Both the position numbers and the translations under genes were made by a program. This document shows positions 27,827-36,646 of a stretch of DNA of 36,646 bases, in pieces; position 1 is the stretch's first letter, and each line of letters starts with the position of its first letter. The stretch comes from a virus. Lineage: Duplodnaviria > Heunggongvirae > Uroviricota > Caudoviricetes. The stretch lies in IMG/VR virus record IMGVR_UViG_2548876701_000024; one strand, given 5' to 3'. A model generated the notes under the pieces. The model was not told the origin of the DNA. It was given only the letters and a program-made list of their open reading frames with translations, and made no database searches.

Positions 27827-28342
27827 ATGGCTTTACCACGCAAATTAAAACACCTGAACCTGTTTAACGACGGGAACAACTGGCAGGGGATCGTTGAGTC
27901 GCTGACGCTGCCGAAATTTACCCGCAAATATGAGAAGTATCGCGGCGGCGGAATGCCGGGTGCGGTGGATGTGGATCTGGGGCTTGATGACAGTGCGCTG
28001 GACACAGAATTTTCCATTGGTGGTACTGAATTGCTGCTGTTTAAACAGATGGGTAAAGCCACGGTGGATGGCATCCAGCTGCGCTTTACCGGCTCTATTC
28101 AGCGTGACGATACCGGGGAAGTGCAGGCCGTGGAGCTTGTCGTGCGTGGACGTCACAAAGAAGTGGATTCCGGCGAGTGGAAGACGGGCGAAAGCAACAC
28201 CACCAAAGTGACCAGTACCAACAGCTACGCGAAGCTGACCATCAATGGTGAGGTGCTCTATGAAGTGGACCTTATCAACATGGTGGAAATTGTGGACGGT
28301 GTGGACCTGATGGAAGCGCACCGCAACGCCCTCGGCCTCTGA
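27827..28342 (+). CDS. FII: Tail tube protein FII
   Basis: Synteny and size. Confidence 0.9.
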   Translation: MALPRKLKHLNLFNDGNNWQGIVESLTLPKFTRKYEKYRGGGMPGAVDVDLGLDDSALDTEFSIGGTELLLFKQMGKATVDGIQLRFTGSIQRDDTGEVQAVELVVRGRHKEVDSGEWKTGESNTTKVTSTNSYAKLTINGEVLYEVDLINMVEIVDGVDLMEAHRNALGL

Positions 28343-28396
28343 TATATCTGAACGGCGCGGGATACCGCGCCAGAACCCAATTGACAGGACAGCAAA

Positions 28397-28699
28397 ATGA
28401 GCGATAAGCAGACTGAAAAGACCATTCAACTGGATACCCCCATCAAGCGCGGTAAAACAGAAATCACCGAAATTGTGCTGCGTAAACCGCAGTCCGGTGC
28501 GCTGCGCGGTACACGCCTGCAGGCCATTATGGATATGGATGTAAACGCGATGATGACCGTGATCCCCCGCATCTCCAGTCCGGCACTGACTGCACAGGAA
28601 ATTGCAGAGATGGACCCGGCAGATCTCACTGCCATGTCGGTTGAGGTTGTCACTTTTTTGTTGAAGAAGTCGGTGCTTGCCGGTTTACCGACAGCCTGA
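28397..28699 (+). CDS. E: Tail assembly chaperone gpE
   Basis: Position between FII and T; contains slippery heptamer near 3' end. Confidence 0.8.
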   Translation: MSDKQTEKTIQLDTPIKRGKTEITEIVLRKPQSGALRGTRLQAIMDMDVNAMMTVIPRISSPALTAQEIAEMDPADLTAMSVEVVTFLLKKSVLAGLPTA

Positions 28700-28833
28700 C
28701 GGTTGACGATCTGGTGGCAGATATCGCCACCATTTTTCACTGGCCGCCATCCGTTACTGACGTTATGCCGCTGACCGAAGTGCTGGAATGGCGGTATAAA
28801 GCGATTCAGAGAAGCGGGGCCAACGATGAGTGA
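28397..28833 (+). CDS. gpE+E' fusion produced by programmed -1 frameshift at T_TTT_TTG (28654..28660)
   Basis: Slippery heptamer in E frame; the -1 frame stays open to TGA at 28831..28833, overlapping the T start. Confidence 0.6.
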
Positions 28834-31800
28834 TAACAACCTGCGTCTGCAGGTCATTCTTAATGCGGTTGACAAGCTCACCCGCCCATTTCGATCTGCG
28901 CAGGCCAGTTCAAGAGAACTGGCTGCTGCTGTCAAAAAATCCCGCGATGCAATAAAGCAGCTTGATCAGGCCGGGAGCAGTCTGGACAGCTTCCGAAAGC
29001 TGCAGGCAGAAAATCAGAAATTAGGCGACAAGCTGAACTATGCCAGACAGAAGGCTAATTTGCTTAGCTCTGAGCTGGAGGCGATGGAGCAACCATCACA
29101 AAGGCATCTTGTGGCTTTAGGTCGGCAAACGCTGGCAGTCCAACGCCTGGAAGAACAACAAAAATATTTGCAGAAGCAAACGGCGCTTGTGCGTGCTGAA
29201 CTGTACCGGGCGGGAATTTCTGCGAAAGATGATGCGGGAGCAACTGCCCGTTTAGCCCGTGAAACATCACGTTATAACCAGGAACTTTCGAAACAGGAGG
29301 CGCGGCTGAAGCGACTGGGGGAAGCTCAGCGCAGGATGAATGCAGCGCGTGCCAGTTATGCCCGTTCGCTGGAGGTGCGTGATCGTATTGCAGGTGCCGG
29401 AGCCACCACCACGGCTGCAGGGCTGGCAATGGGCGCACCAGTGATGGCGGCAGTAAAAAGCTATACCAGCATGGAAGATGCCATGAAAGGTGTGGCAAAG
29501 CAGGTCAATGGTCTGCGTGACGATAATGGCAACCGCACTGCACGTTTTTATGAAATGCAGGATGCCATCAAGGCTGCCAGCGAACAGTTGCCGATGGAAA
29601 ACGGTGCGGTGGATTTCGCTGCACTGGTTGAAGGTGGGGCGCGCATGAACGTCGCAAACCCTGACGACAGCTGGGAGGACCAGAAACGTGACCTGCTGGC
29701 CTTCGCCAGTACGGCAGCAAAGGCGGCAACAGCCTTTGAGCTGCCAGCGGATGAACTGTCAGAAAGTCTGGGGAAAATCGCCCAGCTCTACAAAATTCCT
29801 ACCCGCAATATTGAACAGCTCGGTGATGCGCTGAACTATCTGGATGATAACGCCATGTCGAAAGGGGCAGACATCATTGATGTCATGCAACGCCTGGGCG
29901 GTGTGGCTGATCGTCTGGATTATCGTAAAGCGGCGGCGCTGGGTTCCACCTTTCTGACACTGGGCGCTGCGCCAGAGGTTGCAGCCAGTGCAGCAAACGC
30001 GATGGTGCGTGAATTGTCCATTGCCACCATGCAAAGCAAGAGTTTCTTTGAAGGGATGAATCTGCTGAAACTCAATCCTGAAGTGATTGAAAAGCAGATG
30101 ACGAAGGATGCGATGGGAACTATCCAGCGCGTACTGGAGAAGGTGAACGCACTGCCGCAGGATAAACGTCTGTCTGCCATGACCATGTTGTTTGGTAAAG
30201 AGTTTGGCGATGACGCGGCGAAACTGGCAAACAACCTACCGGAACTGCAGCGCCAGCTAAAACTGACAGCGGACAATGATGCGCTCGGCTCCATGCAGAA
30301 AGAATCCGACATTAACAAGGACTCACTTTCTGCGCAGTGGTTGCTGGTCAAAACCGGAGCGCAGAACACCTTCAGCAGCCTGGGCGAAACGCTGCGCCAG
30401 CCGCTGATGGATATTCTGTACACGGTGAAAAGCATCACGGGGGCGTTGCGCCGCTGGGTGGAAGCTAACCCGGAACTGACAGGCACACTGATGAAAGTAG
30501 CCGCTGTGGTGGCTGCGGTTACCGTAGGCCTCGGAACCTTAGCGGTGGCGCTGGCTGCAGTGCTGGGGCCGCTGGCAGTGATTCGTCTGGGATTCTCTGT
30601 GCTGGGTATCAAAACGTTACCTTCCGTTACGGCAGCAGTAACCCGAACCAGCAGCGCGTTGTCCTGGCTGGCTGGCGCACCACTGGCACTGCTGCGACGC
30701 GGGCTTGCTTCATCGGGCAACGCCGCAGGTTTACTTACTGCGCCGTTGTCGTCTTTGCGCCGCACGGCATTACTGACGGGAAATGTCCTGAAAACTGTAG
30801 CAGGTGCGCCGGTTGCACTTTTGCGGTCTGGATTATCCGGTTTACGTGCTGTTGCTGTGATGTTTATGAATCCTCTGGCGGTACTGCGCGGTGGACTGGC
30901 CGCCGCAGGCACGGTGCTGCGAGTACTGGCATCTGGTCCACTGGCGATGCTGCGCGTTGCCCTGTATGCCGTATCTGGTCTGTTAGGTGCTCTGCTCAGT
31001 CCGATAGGTCTTGTGGTTACTGCACTGGCGGGCGTGGCGCTGGTTGTCTGGAAATATTGGCAACCCATCACCGCATTTCTTGGTGGCGTGGTGGAGGGAT
31101 TCAAAGCGGCGGCAGGTCCCGTCAGTGAAGCATTCGAACCGCTTAAGCCCGTGTTCCAGTGGATTGGCGACAAAGTACAGGCGCTGTGGGGCTGGTTTAC
31201 TGATCTGCTGACGCCCGTTAAGTCGACCTCTGCCGAACTGCAGAGTGCAGCGGCAATGGGGCGACGATTCGGGGAGGCACTGGCGGAAGGGCTAAATATG
31301 GTCATGCATCCGCTGGACTCCCTGAAATCCGGCGTTTCCTGGTTGCTGGAGAAGCTCGGCATTGTCAGTAAAGAGGTCGCAAAGGCAAAACTGCCGGAAA
31401 GCGTGACGCGTCAGCAACCTGCGACGGTGAATGCAGACGGTAAAGTGATGATGCCATCGGGTGGTTTTCCATCATGGGGATATGGCTTTGCGGGGATGTA
31501 TGACAGCGGCGGGTATATCCCGCGCGGGCAGTTTGGCATCGTCGGTGAAAACGGGCCGGAAATTGTTAACGGCCCGGCAAATGTGACCAGCCGGAGAAAT
31601 ACAGCTGCACTGGCTGCCGTTGTTACCGGAATGATGGGAGTTGCTGCCGCGCCAGCAGAGCTTCCACCGTTGCACCCTTTGGCACTTCCCGCGAAAGGTG
31701 GAGAAGCAATTGTGAGTCGCGCAGCCACTGTGCCGCCCGTTTACAGGATTGAGGCACCGACGCAGATCATCATCCAGACGCAGCCAGGACAAAGTGCGCA

Positions 31801-31903
31801 GGATATTGCGCGGGAGGTGGCCCGCCAGCTTGATGAACGTGAACGCAGGCTGAAGGCAAAGGCCAGGAGTAACTACAGCGATCAGGGGGGATACGACGCA
31901 TGA
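28826..31903 (+). CDS. T: Tail tape measure protein gpT
   Basis: 1025-aa protein; N-terminal coiled coil; central repetitive hydrophobic region; position. Confidence 0.9.
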   Translation: MSDNNLRLQVILNAVDKLTRPFRSAQASSRELAAAVKKSRDAIKQLDQAGSSLDSFRKLQAENQKLGDKLNYARQKANLLSSELEAMEQPSQRHLVALGRQTLAVQRLEEQQKYLQKQTALVRAELYRAGISAKDDAGATARLARETSRYNQELSKQEARLKRLGEAQRRMNAARASYARSLEVRDRIAGAGATTTAAGLAMGAPVMAAVKSYTSMEDAMKGVAKQVNGLRDDNGNRTARFYEMQDAIKAASEQLPMENGAVDFAALVEGGARMNVANPDDSWEDQKRDLLAFASTAAKAATAFELPADELSESLGKIAQLYKIPTRNIEQLGDALNYLDDNAMSKGADIIDVMQRLGGVADRLDYRKAAALGSTFLTLGAAPEVAASAANAMVRELSIATMQSKSFFEGMNLLKLNPEVIEKQMTKDAMGTIQRVLEKVNALPQDKRLSAMTMLFGKEFGDDAAKLANNLPELQRQLKLTADNDALGSMQKESDINKDSLSAQWLLVKTGAQNTFSSLGETLRQPLMDILYTVKSITGALRRWVEANPELTGTLMKVAAVVAAVTVGLGTLAVALAAVLGPLAVIRLGFSVLGIKTLPSVTAAVTRTSSALSWLAGAPLALLRRGLASSGNAAGLLTAPLSSLRRTALLTGNVLKTVAGAPVALLRSGLSGLRAVAVMFMNPLAVLRGGLAAAGTVLRVLASGPLAMLRVALYAVSGLLGALLSPIGLVVTALAGVALVVWKYWQPITAFLGGVVEGFKAAAGPVSEAFEPLKPVFQWIGDKVQALWGWFTDLLTPVKSTSAELQSAAAMGRRFGEALAEGLNMVMHPLDSLKSGVSWLLEKLGIVSKEVAKAKLPESVTRQQPATVNADGKVMMPSGGFPSWGYGFAGMYDSGGYIPRGQFGIVGENGPEIVNGPANVTSRRNTAALAAVVTGMMGVAAAPAELPPLHPLALPAKGGEAIVSRAATVPPVYRIEAPTQIIIQTQPGQSAQDIAREVARQLDERERRLKAKARSNYSDQGGYDA

Positions 31904-32385
31904 TGATGGTGCTGGGATTGTACGTGTTTATGCTGCGCACCGTGCCGTATCAGGAACTGCAGTATCAGCGCAGCTGGCGACATGCGGCTAACAGCCGGGT
32001 AAATCGTCGTCCGTCCACGCAGTTTCTGGGACCGGACAACGACATGCTGACGCTTTCCGGTGTTCTTATGCCGGAGATAACAGGCGGCAGGCTGTCGTTG
32101 CTGGCACTGGAGCAGATGGCAGAACAGGGGAAAGCATGGCCTCTGATTGAAGGCAGCGGCACGATTTACGGCATGTATGTGATTGAGGGACTGAATCAGA
32201 CTAAAACGGAGTTTTTCCGCGACGGTATGCCGCGCCGGATTGAGTTCACCCTGTCGCTCAAACGGGTGGATGAATCCCTGTCCGATATGTTCGGTGATCT
32301 CAGTGCGCAGTTGAATAATCTGCAGGGAACGGCAACATCAGCCTTAAGCGATATCAGTAAAACGGTGGGAGGGCTTCTGTCGTGA
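31900..32385 (+). CDS. U: Tail protein gpU
   Basis: Synteny and size. Confidence 0.85.
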   Translation: MMMVLGLYVFMLRTVPYQELQYQRSWRHAANSRVNRRPSTQFLGPDNDMLTLSGVLMPEITGGRLSLLALEQMAEQGKAWPLIEGSGTIYGMYVIEGLNQTKTEFFRDGMPRRIEFTLSLKRVDESLSDMFGDLSAQLNNLQGTATSALSDISKTVGGLLS

Positions 32386-33482
32386 ATTTCAGCTCTGAAC
32401 TGCTTAACAAAGGCAACAAAACTCCGGCATTCAGCATCAGTATTGAAGGCAGGGATATCACCACTGTGCTGGACAACCGCCTGATGGGGCTGACGCTGAC
32501 GGATAACCGGGGATTTGAAGCGGACCAGCTTGATCTGGAGCTGGACGACGCCGATGGAAAAATCGTGCTGCCGCGCCGTGGTGCGGTCATTACGCTGGCG
32601 CTGGGCTGGAAGGGGCAGCCGCTTTTCCCGAAAGGGGCATTCACGGTGGACGAGATTGAACACACTGGCGCACCGGACCGCCTGACTATCCGGGCGCGAA
32701 GTGCTGATTTTCGGGAAACCCTGAATACCCGCCGTGAAAAATCTTGGCACAAGACCACCGTCGGGGAAGTGGTAAAGGAAATAGCCGCGCGTCACAAGCT
32801 GAAGATGGCGCTGGGTAAAGACCTGTCGGATAAGCCCGTGGAACATATAGACCAGACTAATGAGAGTGACGGCAGTTTTCTGATGCGGCTGGCGCGACAG
32901 TACGGTGCCATCGCGTCGGTGAAAAATGGCAATCTGCTATTCATCCGGCAGGGGCAGGGCAAAAGCGCCACTGGTAAACCACTGCCAGTGATCACTATCA
33001 CACGCAAGGACGGCGACAGTCACCGCTTTACCTTGGCAGATCGCGGAGCCTACACGGGCGTAATTGCCAGCTGGTTGCATACCCGCGAACCTGCGAAGAA
33101 AGAAAGCACCACGGTGAAGCGTAAGCGCAGAACTAAGAAGCAGAAGAAAGAGCCAGAAGCGAAGCAGGGCGATTACCTGGTGGGTACGGATGAAAACGTG
33201 CTGGTACTTAATCGCACTTATGCCAACCGGAGCAACGCCGAACGAGCGGCGAAAATGCAGTGGGAACGCCTGCAACGCGGCGTTGCGTCATTCTCGCTAC
33301 AACTGGCAGAAGGGCGGGCAGATCTCTACACGGAAATGCCAGTGAAAGTCAGTGGCTTTAAACAGCCGATAGATGATGCGGAATGGACCATTACGACTCT
33401 GACGCATACCGTCAGCCCGGATAACGGTTTTACGACCAGTCTGGAGCTTGAAGTGAGGATTGATGATTTCGAAATGGAATGA
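32382..33482 (+). CDS. D: Tail protein gpD (late control gene D)
   Basis: Synteny and size. Confidence 0.85.
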   Translation: MNFSSELLNKGNKTPAFSISIEGRDITTVLDNRLMGLTLTDNRGFEADQLDLELDDADGKIVLPRRGAVITLALGWKGQPLFPKGAFTVDEIEHTGAPDRLTIRARSADFRETLNTRREKSWHKTTVGEVVKEIAARHKLKMALGKDLSDKPVEHIDQTNESDGSFLMRLARQYGAIASVKNGNLLFIRQGQGKSATGKPLPVITITRKDGDSHRFTLADRGAYTGVIASWLHTREPAKKESTTVKRKRRTKKQKKEPEAKQGDYLVGTDENVLVLNRTYANRSNAERAAKMQWERLQRGVASFSLQLAEGRADLYTEMPVKVSGFKQPIDDAEWTITTLTHTVSPDNGFTTSLELEVRIDDFEME

Positions 33483-33572
33483 TTCTTCGCAATGGAGAAC
33501 TTTTAAGTTTGCAAAATGGAATAATGCGGTATCATTATTGTGAATTTAGCAAAAATGGGGAGAACTCGAAAA

Positions 33573-33791
33573 ATGATGATTTGCCCACTGTGTGGAAGTG
33601 CCGCCCATACTCGCAGCAGTTTTCAGGTATCTTCATTGACCAAAGAGCGTTACAACCAGTGCCAGAACATTAACTGCAGCCATACTTTTGTTACCCATGA
33701 AACTTTTGTTCGTTCGATTGCAACGCCAAAAGAGTCAAATCCGGTTCAGCCGCATCCAATGAAATCAGGACAGGTGGCGCTCTCTCTTTGA
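33573..33791 (+). CDS. ogr: Ogr/Delta zinc-finger late transcription activator
   Basis: CPLCG...C..NC..H zinc-finger pattern in a ~72-aa protein at the right prophage end. Confidence 0.85.
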   Translation: MMICPLCGSAAHTRSSFQVSSLTKERYNQCQNINCSHTFVTHETFVRSIATPKESNPVQPHPMKSGQVALSL

Positions 33792-33813
33792 CGCTGCCGC
33801 CATTTTGTCGCCA
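33792..33813. repeat. attR core candidate (CGCTGCCGCCATTTTGTCGCCA)
   Basis: 21/22 identical to 19..40; directly abuts the ogr stop codon. Confidence 0.6.
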
Positions 33814-33869
33814 TCGTTAAAAAACAGTGTTTCTAACATCATGATTTTAAACAGCTTAAATTTCAGGCA

Positions 33870-33906
33870 ACAAAAAACCCATCAACCTTGAACCGAAATG
33901 GCGGGG
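33870..33906 (-). terminator. Hairpin, possible host terminator downstream of ybjL
   Basis: 10-bp perfect inverted repeat CCCATCAACC/GGTTGATGGG with 17-nt loop; T-run follows on the minus strand. Confidence 0.35.
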
Positions 33907-34026
33907 TTGATGGGCTCCACAAAATGGGGACATCAAAGAAAAGCAGTGGCACTAATTAAGACTGATGCCCTGCGGAAAAGTTCTGCGGTTGTGCAAAAAA
34001 ATTTCATTTTCAGGGCAACTTCAGTT

Positions 34027-35712
34027 TTATCCTAATCCTGGCCATACCATGACGATGATTGTCCCTGCCAGCGTCAGCAGGACGTTGGCGATTGCGTAGG
34101 TGCCCGCATAGCCCAGCGCAGGGATGTTACTGCGAGCTGTATCACTGATGATCTCCATTGCCGGCGCGCAGGTGCGTGCGCCCATCATTGCGCCGAACAA
34201 CAGTGCGCGGTTCATTCGCAATACATAAGCACCGAACAAGAAACAGATAACCACGGGCACAAGACTGACAATTAATCCGGCAATCAACATCTGACCGCCA
34301 ATCGCGCCCAGGCCGTTATTAATACCGCTACCGGCGCTCAGACCAACGCCTGCCATAAACACCATCAAGCCGAACTCTTTCACCATGCTTAATGCACCTT
34401 GCGGAATGTAACCGAAGGTCGGGTGGTTAGCACGCATAAAGCCCAGCATAATTCCGGCGAATAACAACCCGGCAGCGTTCCCCATGCCGAAACTGAATGT
34501 GCTGAACTGGAAGGTGATCATCCCGATCATCAGCCCAATAACAAAGAAGGCGCAAAATGCCAGCAGGTCAGTGACCTGGCTGTGAATCGAGATAAAGCCG
34601 ATGCGATCGGCGATGGTTTTTACGCGACGGGCATCACCGCTGACTTGTAAAACGTCACCTTTGTTAAGCACGACGTTGTCATCTATCGGCATCTCAATCT
34701 GGCTACGAATGACGCGGTTAAGGAAGCAACCGTGATCGGTCAACTTCAGTTGTGCGAGACGTTTACCTACAGCGTTATGGTTTTTAACGACCACTTCTTC
34801 AGTGACGATACGCATGTCGAGAAGGTCACGATCGAAAACTTCTTTACCGTTACGGAAGCTGGGATCGAGTCGGGCATGGGCGTCGGGATAGCCTACCAAC
34901 GCTATTTCATCGCCCATTTGTAGCACGGCATCACCGTCTGGATTTGCCAGAATCCCGTTACGTCGAATACGTTCAATGTAGCAGCCGGTTTGTCGATAAA
35001 TACCCAGTTCACGCAGATTTTTGCCGTCGGTCCAGGCCACCAGCTCCGGGCCGACGCGATAGGCGCGGATCACCGGTAAATAAACCTTACGGTTGGCATC
35101 AGTGTCCAGGCCACGTTCGCGGGCGATTTGCTGGGCGCTGGTCTGTAAGTCCTGATGCTGCAATTTCGGCAAGTAACGCGCACCAACAATCAAACTCACC
35201 AGACCGATTAAATAGGTTAAGGCATACCCGAGGCTCAGATTATCCAGTGCCAGTGAGAGCTGCCTGCTTTCCATGCCGGAATGACGCAGTGTATCGCCAG
35301 CACCGACCAGAACCGGTGTCGACGTCATAGAGCCTGCTAACATACCGGCCGTCAGGCCAATATCCCAGCCAAACAGCTTACCTAACCCTAAGGCGATCAC
35401 CAGCGCACTGCCAACCATCACCAGTGCTAACATTAGGTAATTTTTCCCATCGCGAAAAAAAATGGAAAAAAAGTTCGGTCCGGCTTCGACCCCGACGCAG
35501 AAAATAAACAGCATAAAGCCAAGATTAAGCGCATCGGTGTTAATGCTGAAATGTTGTTGGCCTAATAACAGCGATACGACTAAAACGCCAATGGAATTAC
35601 CCAGTTGGATCGAACCAAGTCGTAACTTTCCGAGACATAGCCCAAGCGCGAGGACCACAAATAATAACAGAATGTAATTCCCATTTAACAATTCGGCGAC
35701 GTTTATATTCAC
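34027..35712 (-). CDS. ybjL: Putative transport protein YbjL (AAE-family transporter)
   Basis: 561-aa multi-TM protein starting [20 protein letters not shown], recognised as E. coli YbjL. Confidence 0.88.
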
Positions 35713-35981
35713 GGAGGCTAACTTCTTGTTTACTAGTAAGCTGTTGAAAGAAATGGTAATTTACGATAATGTTTTTTACCAGAATTCAGGGCGCAGATTC
35801 ATTCAGCGCACCTAAACGATAGTAAAGTAACAATATATTTTACTAGTGTAATCACATTAGGTATCAACGGCTATATGAATTGCGTTGGCCTATATTAGCA
35901 TGGAATGCGAAGCGGCTTTATCTTACTGAACGCCACACTGGCGAAAAATGTGTTCGATAGACGCAGTGTCAGGAGGAACGA

Positions 35982-36359
35982 GTGAAACATAAACAACGTT
36001 GGGCGGGGGCAATCTGCTGTTTTGTCCTCTTCATTGTGGTGTGCCTTTTTCTGGCGACGCACATGAAAGGCGCTTTTCGGGCTGCCGGGCATCCTGAAAT
36101 CGGCTTGCTATTTTTCATTCTTCCTGGAGCAGTCGCCAGCTTCTTTTCACAGCGTAGAGAAGTCCTGAAACCTCTATTTGGCGCAATGCTGGCGGCACCC
36201 TGTTCAATGCTCATTATGCGGCTGTTTTTTTCACCGACGCGCTCATTCTGGCAAGAGCTGGCATGGTTACTAAGCGCGGTGTTCTGGTGTGCGCTGGGGG
36301 CACTGTGTTTCTTATTTATCAGTAGTTTGTTTAAACCACAGCACAGAAAAAATCAGTAA
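35982..36359 (+). CDS. ybjM: Inner membrane protein YbjM
   Basis: 125-aa membrane protein, GTG start after AGGAGG; lies between ybjL and grxA as in E. coli K-12. Confidence 0.7.
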   Translation: MKHKQRWAGAICCFVLFIVVCLFLATHMKGAFRAAGHPEIGLLFFILPGAVASFFSQRREVLKPLFGAMLAAPCSMLIMRLFFSPTRSFWQELAWLLSAVFWCALGALCFLFISSLFKPQHRKNQ

Positions 36360-36388
36360 AGCCCTCAACGCGAGGGCTTGTCAGACGA

Positions 36389-36646
36389 TCAGGCGTCCAG
36401 ATTTTCTTTCACCCATGCAGCAAAATCGGTATAGCCGCCGATATGTTGCTGATCGACAAAAATCTGCGGCACGGTTTCTACGGGTTTACCTGCCTTTTGT
36501 TGTAGATCTTCTTTAGTGATCCCTTCCGCACGAATATCTACATACTGATACTGAAAATCATCGCGTTCATTGCTCAATTTCTCAGCCAGATCTTTTGCAC
36601 GCACACAGTAAGGGCAACCCGAACGACCAAAAATAACGGTTTGCAT
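36389..36646 (-). CDS. grxA: Glutaredoxin 1
   Basis: 85-aa protein MQTVIFGRSGCPYCVRAK with CPYC active site. Confidence 0.92.
   Translation of the reverse strand: MQTVIFGRSGCPYCVRAKDLAEKLSNERDDFQYQYVDIRAEGITKEDLQQKAGKPVETVPQIFVDQQHIGGYTDFAAWVKENLDA

Larger units (their letters stand above)
19..33813. mobile_element. P2/186-like prophage, integrated, apparently complete
   Basis: Complete P2-type gene order from int to ogr; flanked by 22-bp direct repeat (19..40 and 33792..33813); host genes ybjL/ybjM/grxA resume to the right. Confidence 0.85.

Noticed and set aside
29920-31362. 480-aa ORF on the minus strand inside the tape measure gene
   Set aside because: Antisense to a confidently identified structural gene; low-complexity Ala/Ser/Pro/Arg-rich translation typical of reverse-strand artefacts in GC-rich repetitive coding sequence.
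33925-34026. GCCCTG…CAGGGC inverted repeat with internal CTGCGG direct repeats just downstream of ybjL
   Set aside because: Long loop and imperfect symmetry; could be a REP-like host element but I cannot support a specific call from sequence alone.
1-36646. CRISPR arrays, tRNA/rRNA genes, IS elements or transposase genes
   Set aside because: No regularly spaced short direct repeats, no cloverleaf-like conserved tRNA sequence that I could recognise, and no transposase-like ORF or terminal inverted repeats. Integration does not appear to be into a tRNA gene.

Overview
The window is an essentially complete P2/186-family temperate myovirus prophage (about 33.8 kb) in an Escherichia-type chromosome, followed by host genes ybjL, ybjM and grxA. 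It is bounded by a 22-bp direct repeat (one mismatch) at 19..40 and 33792..33813, which I take as attL/attR cores. The backbone, in order, is: integrase, a 186-style lysogeny switch (cI, apl/cox, cII), early genes including a Dam methylase and replication protein gpA, a LexA-box-controlled Tum/DinI-like antirepressor region, a cos-like site, then the late operons (Q/P divergent from O-N-M-L-X, lysis cassette, R-S, V-W-J-I-H-G, FI-FII-E/E+E'-T-U-D) and ogr. Three late promoters carry TGT-N12-ACA Ogr-type boxes. The interesting content is accessory cargo at the two classic P2 variable loci and at the int-cI junction: (1) a translationally coupled 71-aa + 280-aa membrane-protein operon between tum and cos; (2) a very AT-rich 431-aa protein with two predicted transmembrane helices between cos and the portal gene; (3) an AT-rich acyltransferase-3 gene between tail-fibre assembly gene G and sheath gene FI; (4) a small Cys-rich exported protein between cI and int. 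The first two are the strongest candidates for an undescribed phage-defence or abortive-infection function; I cannot assign them to any named family from sequence alone. All calls rest on reading the sequence and ORF translations and on recalled family features; no database search was run.
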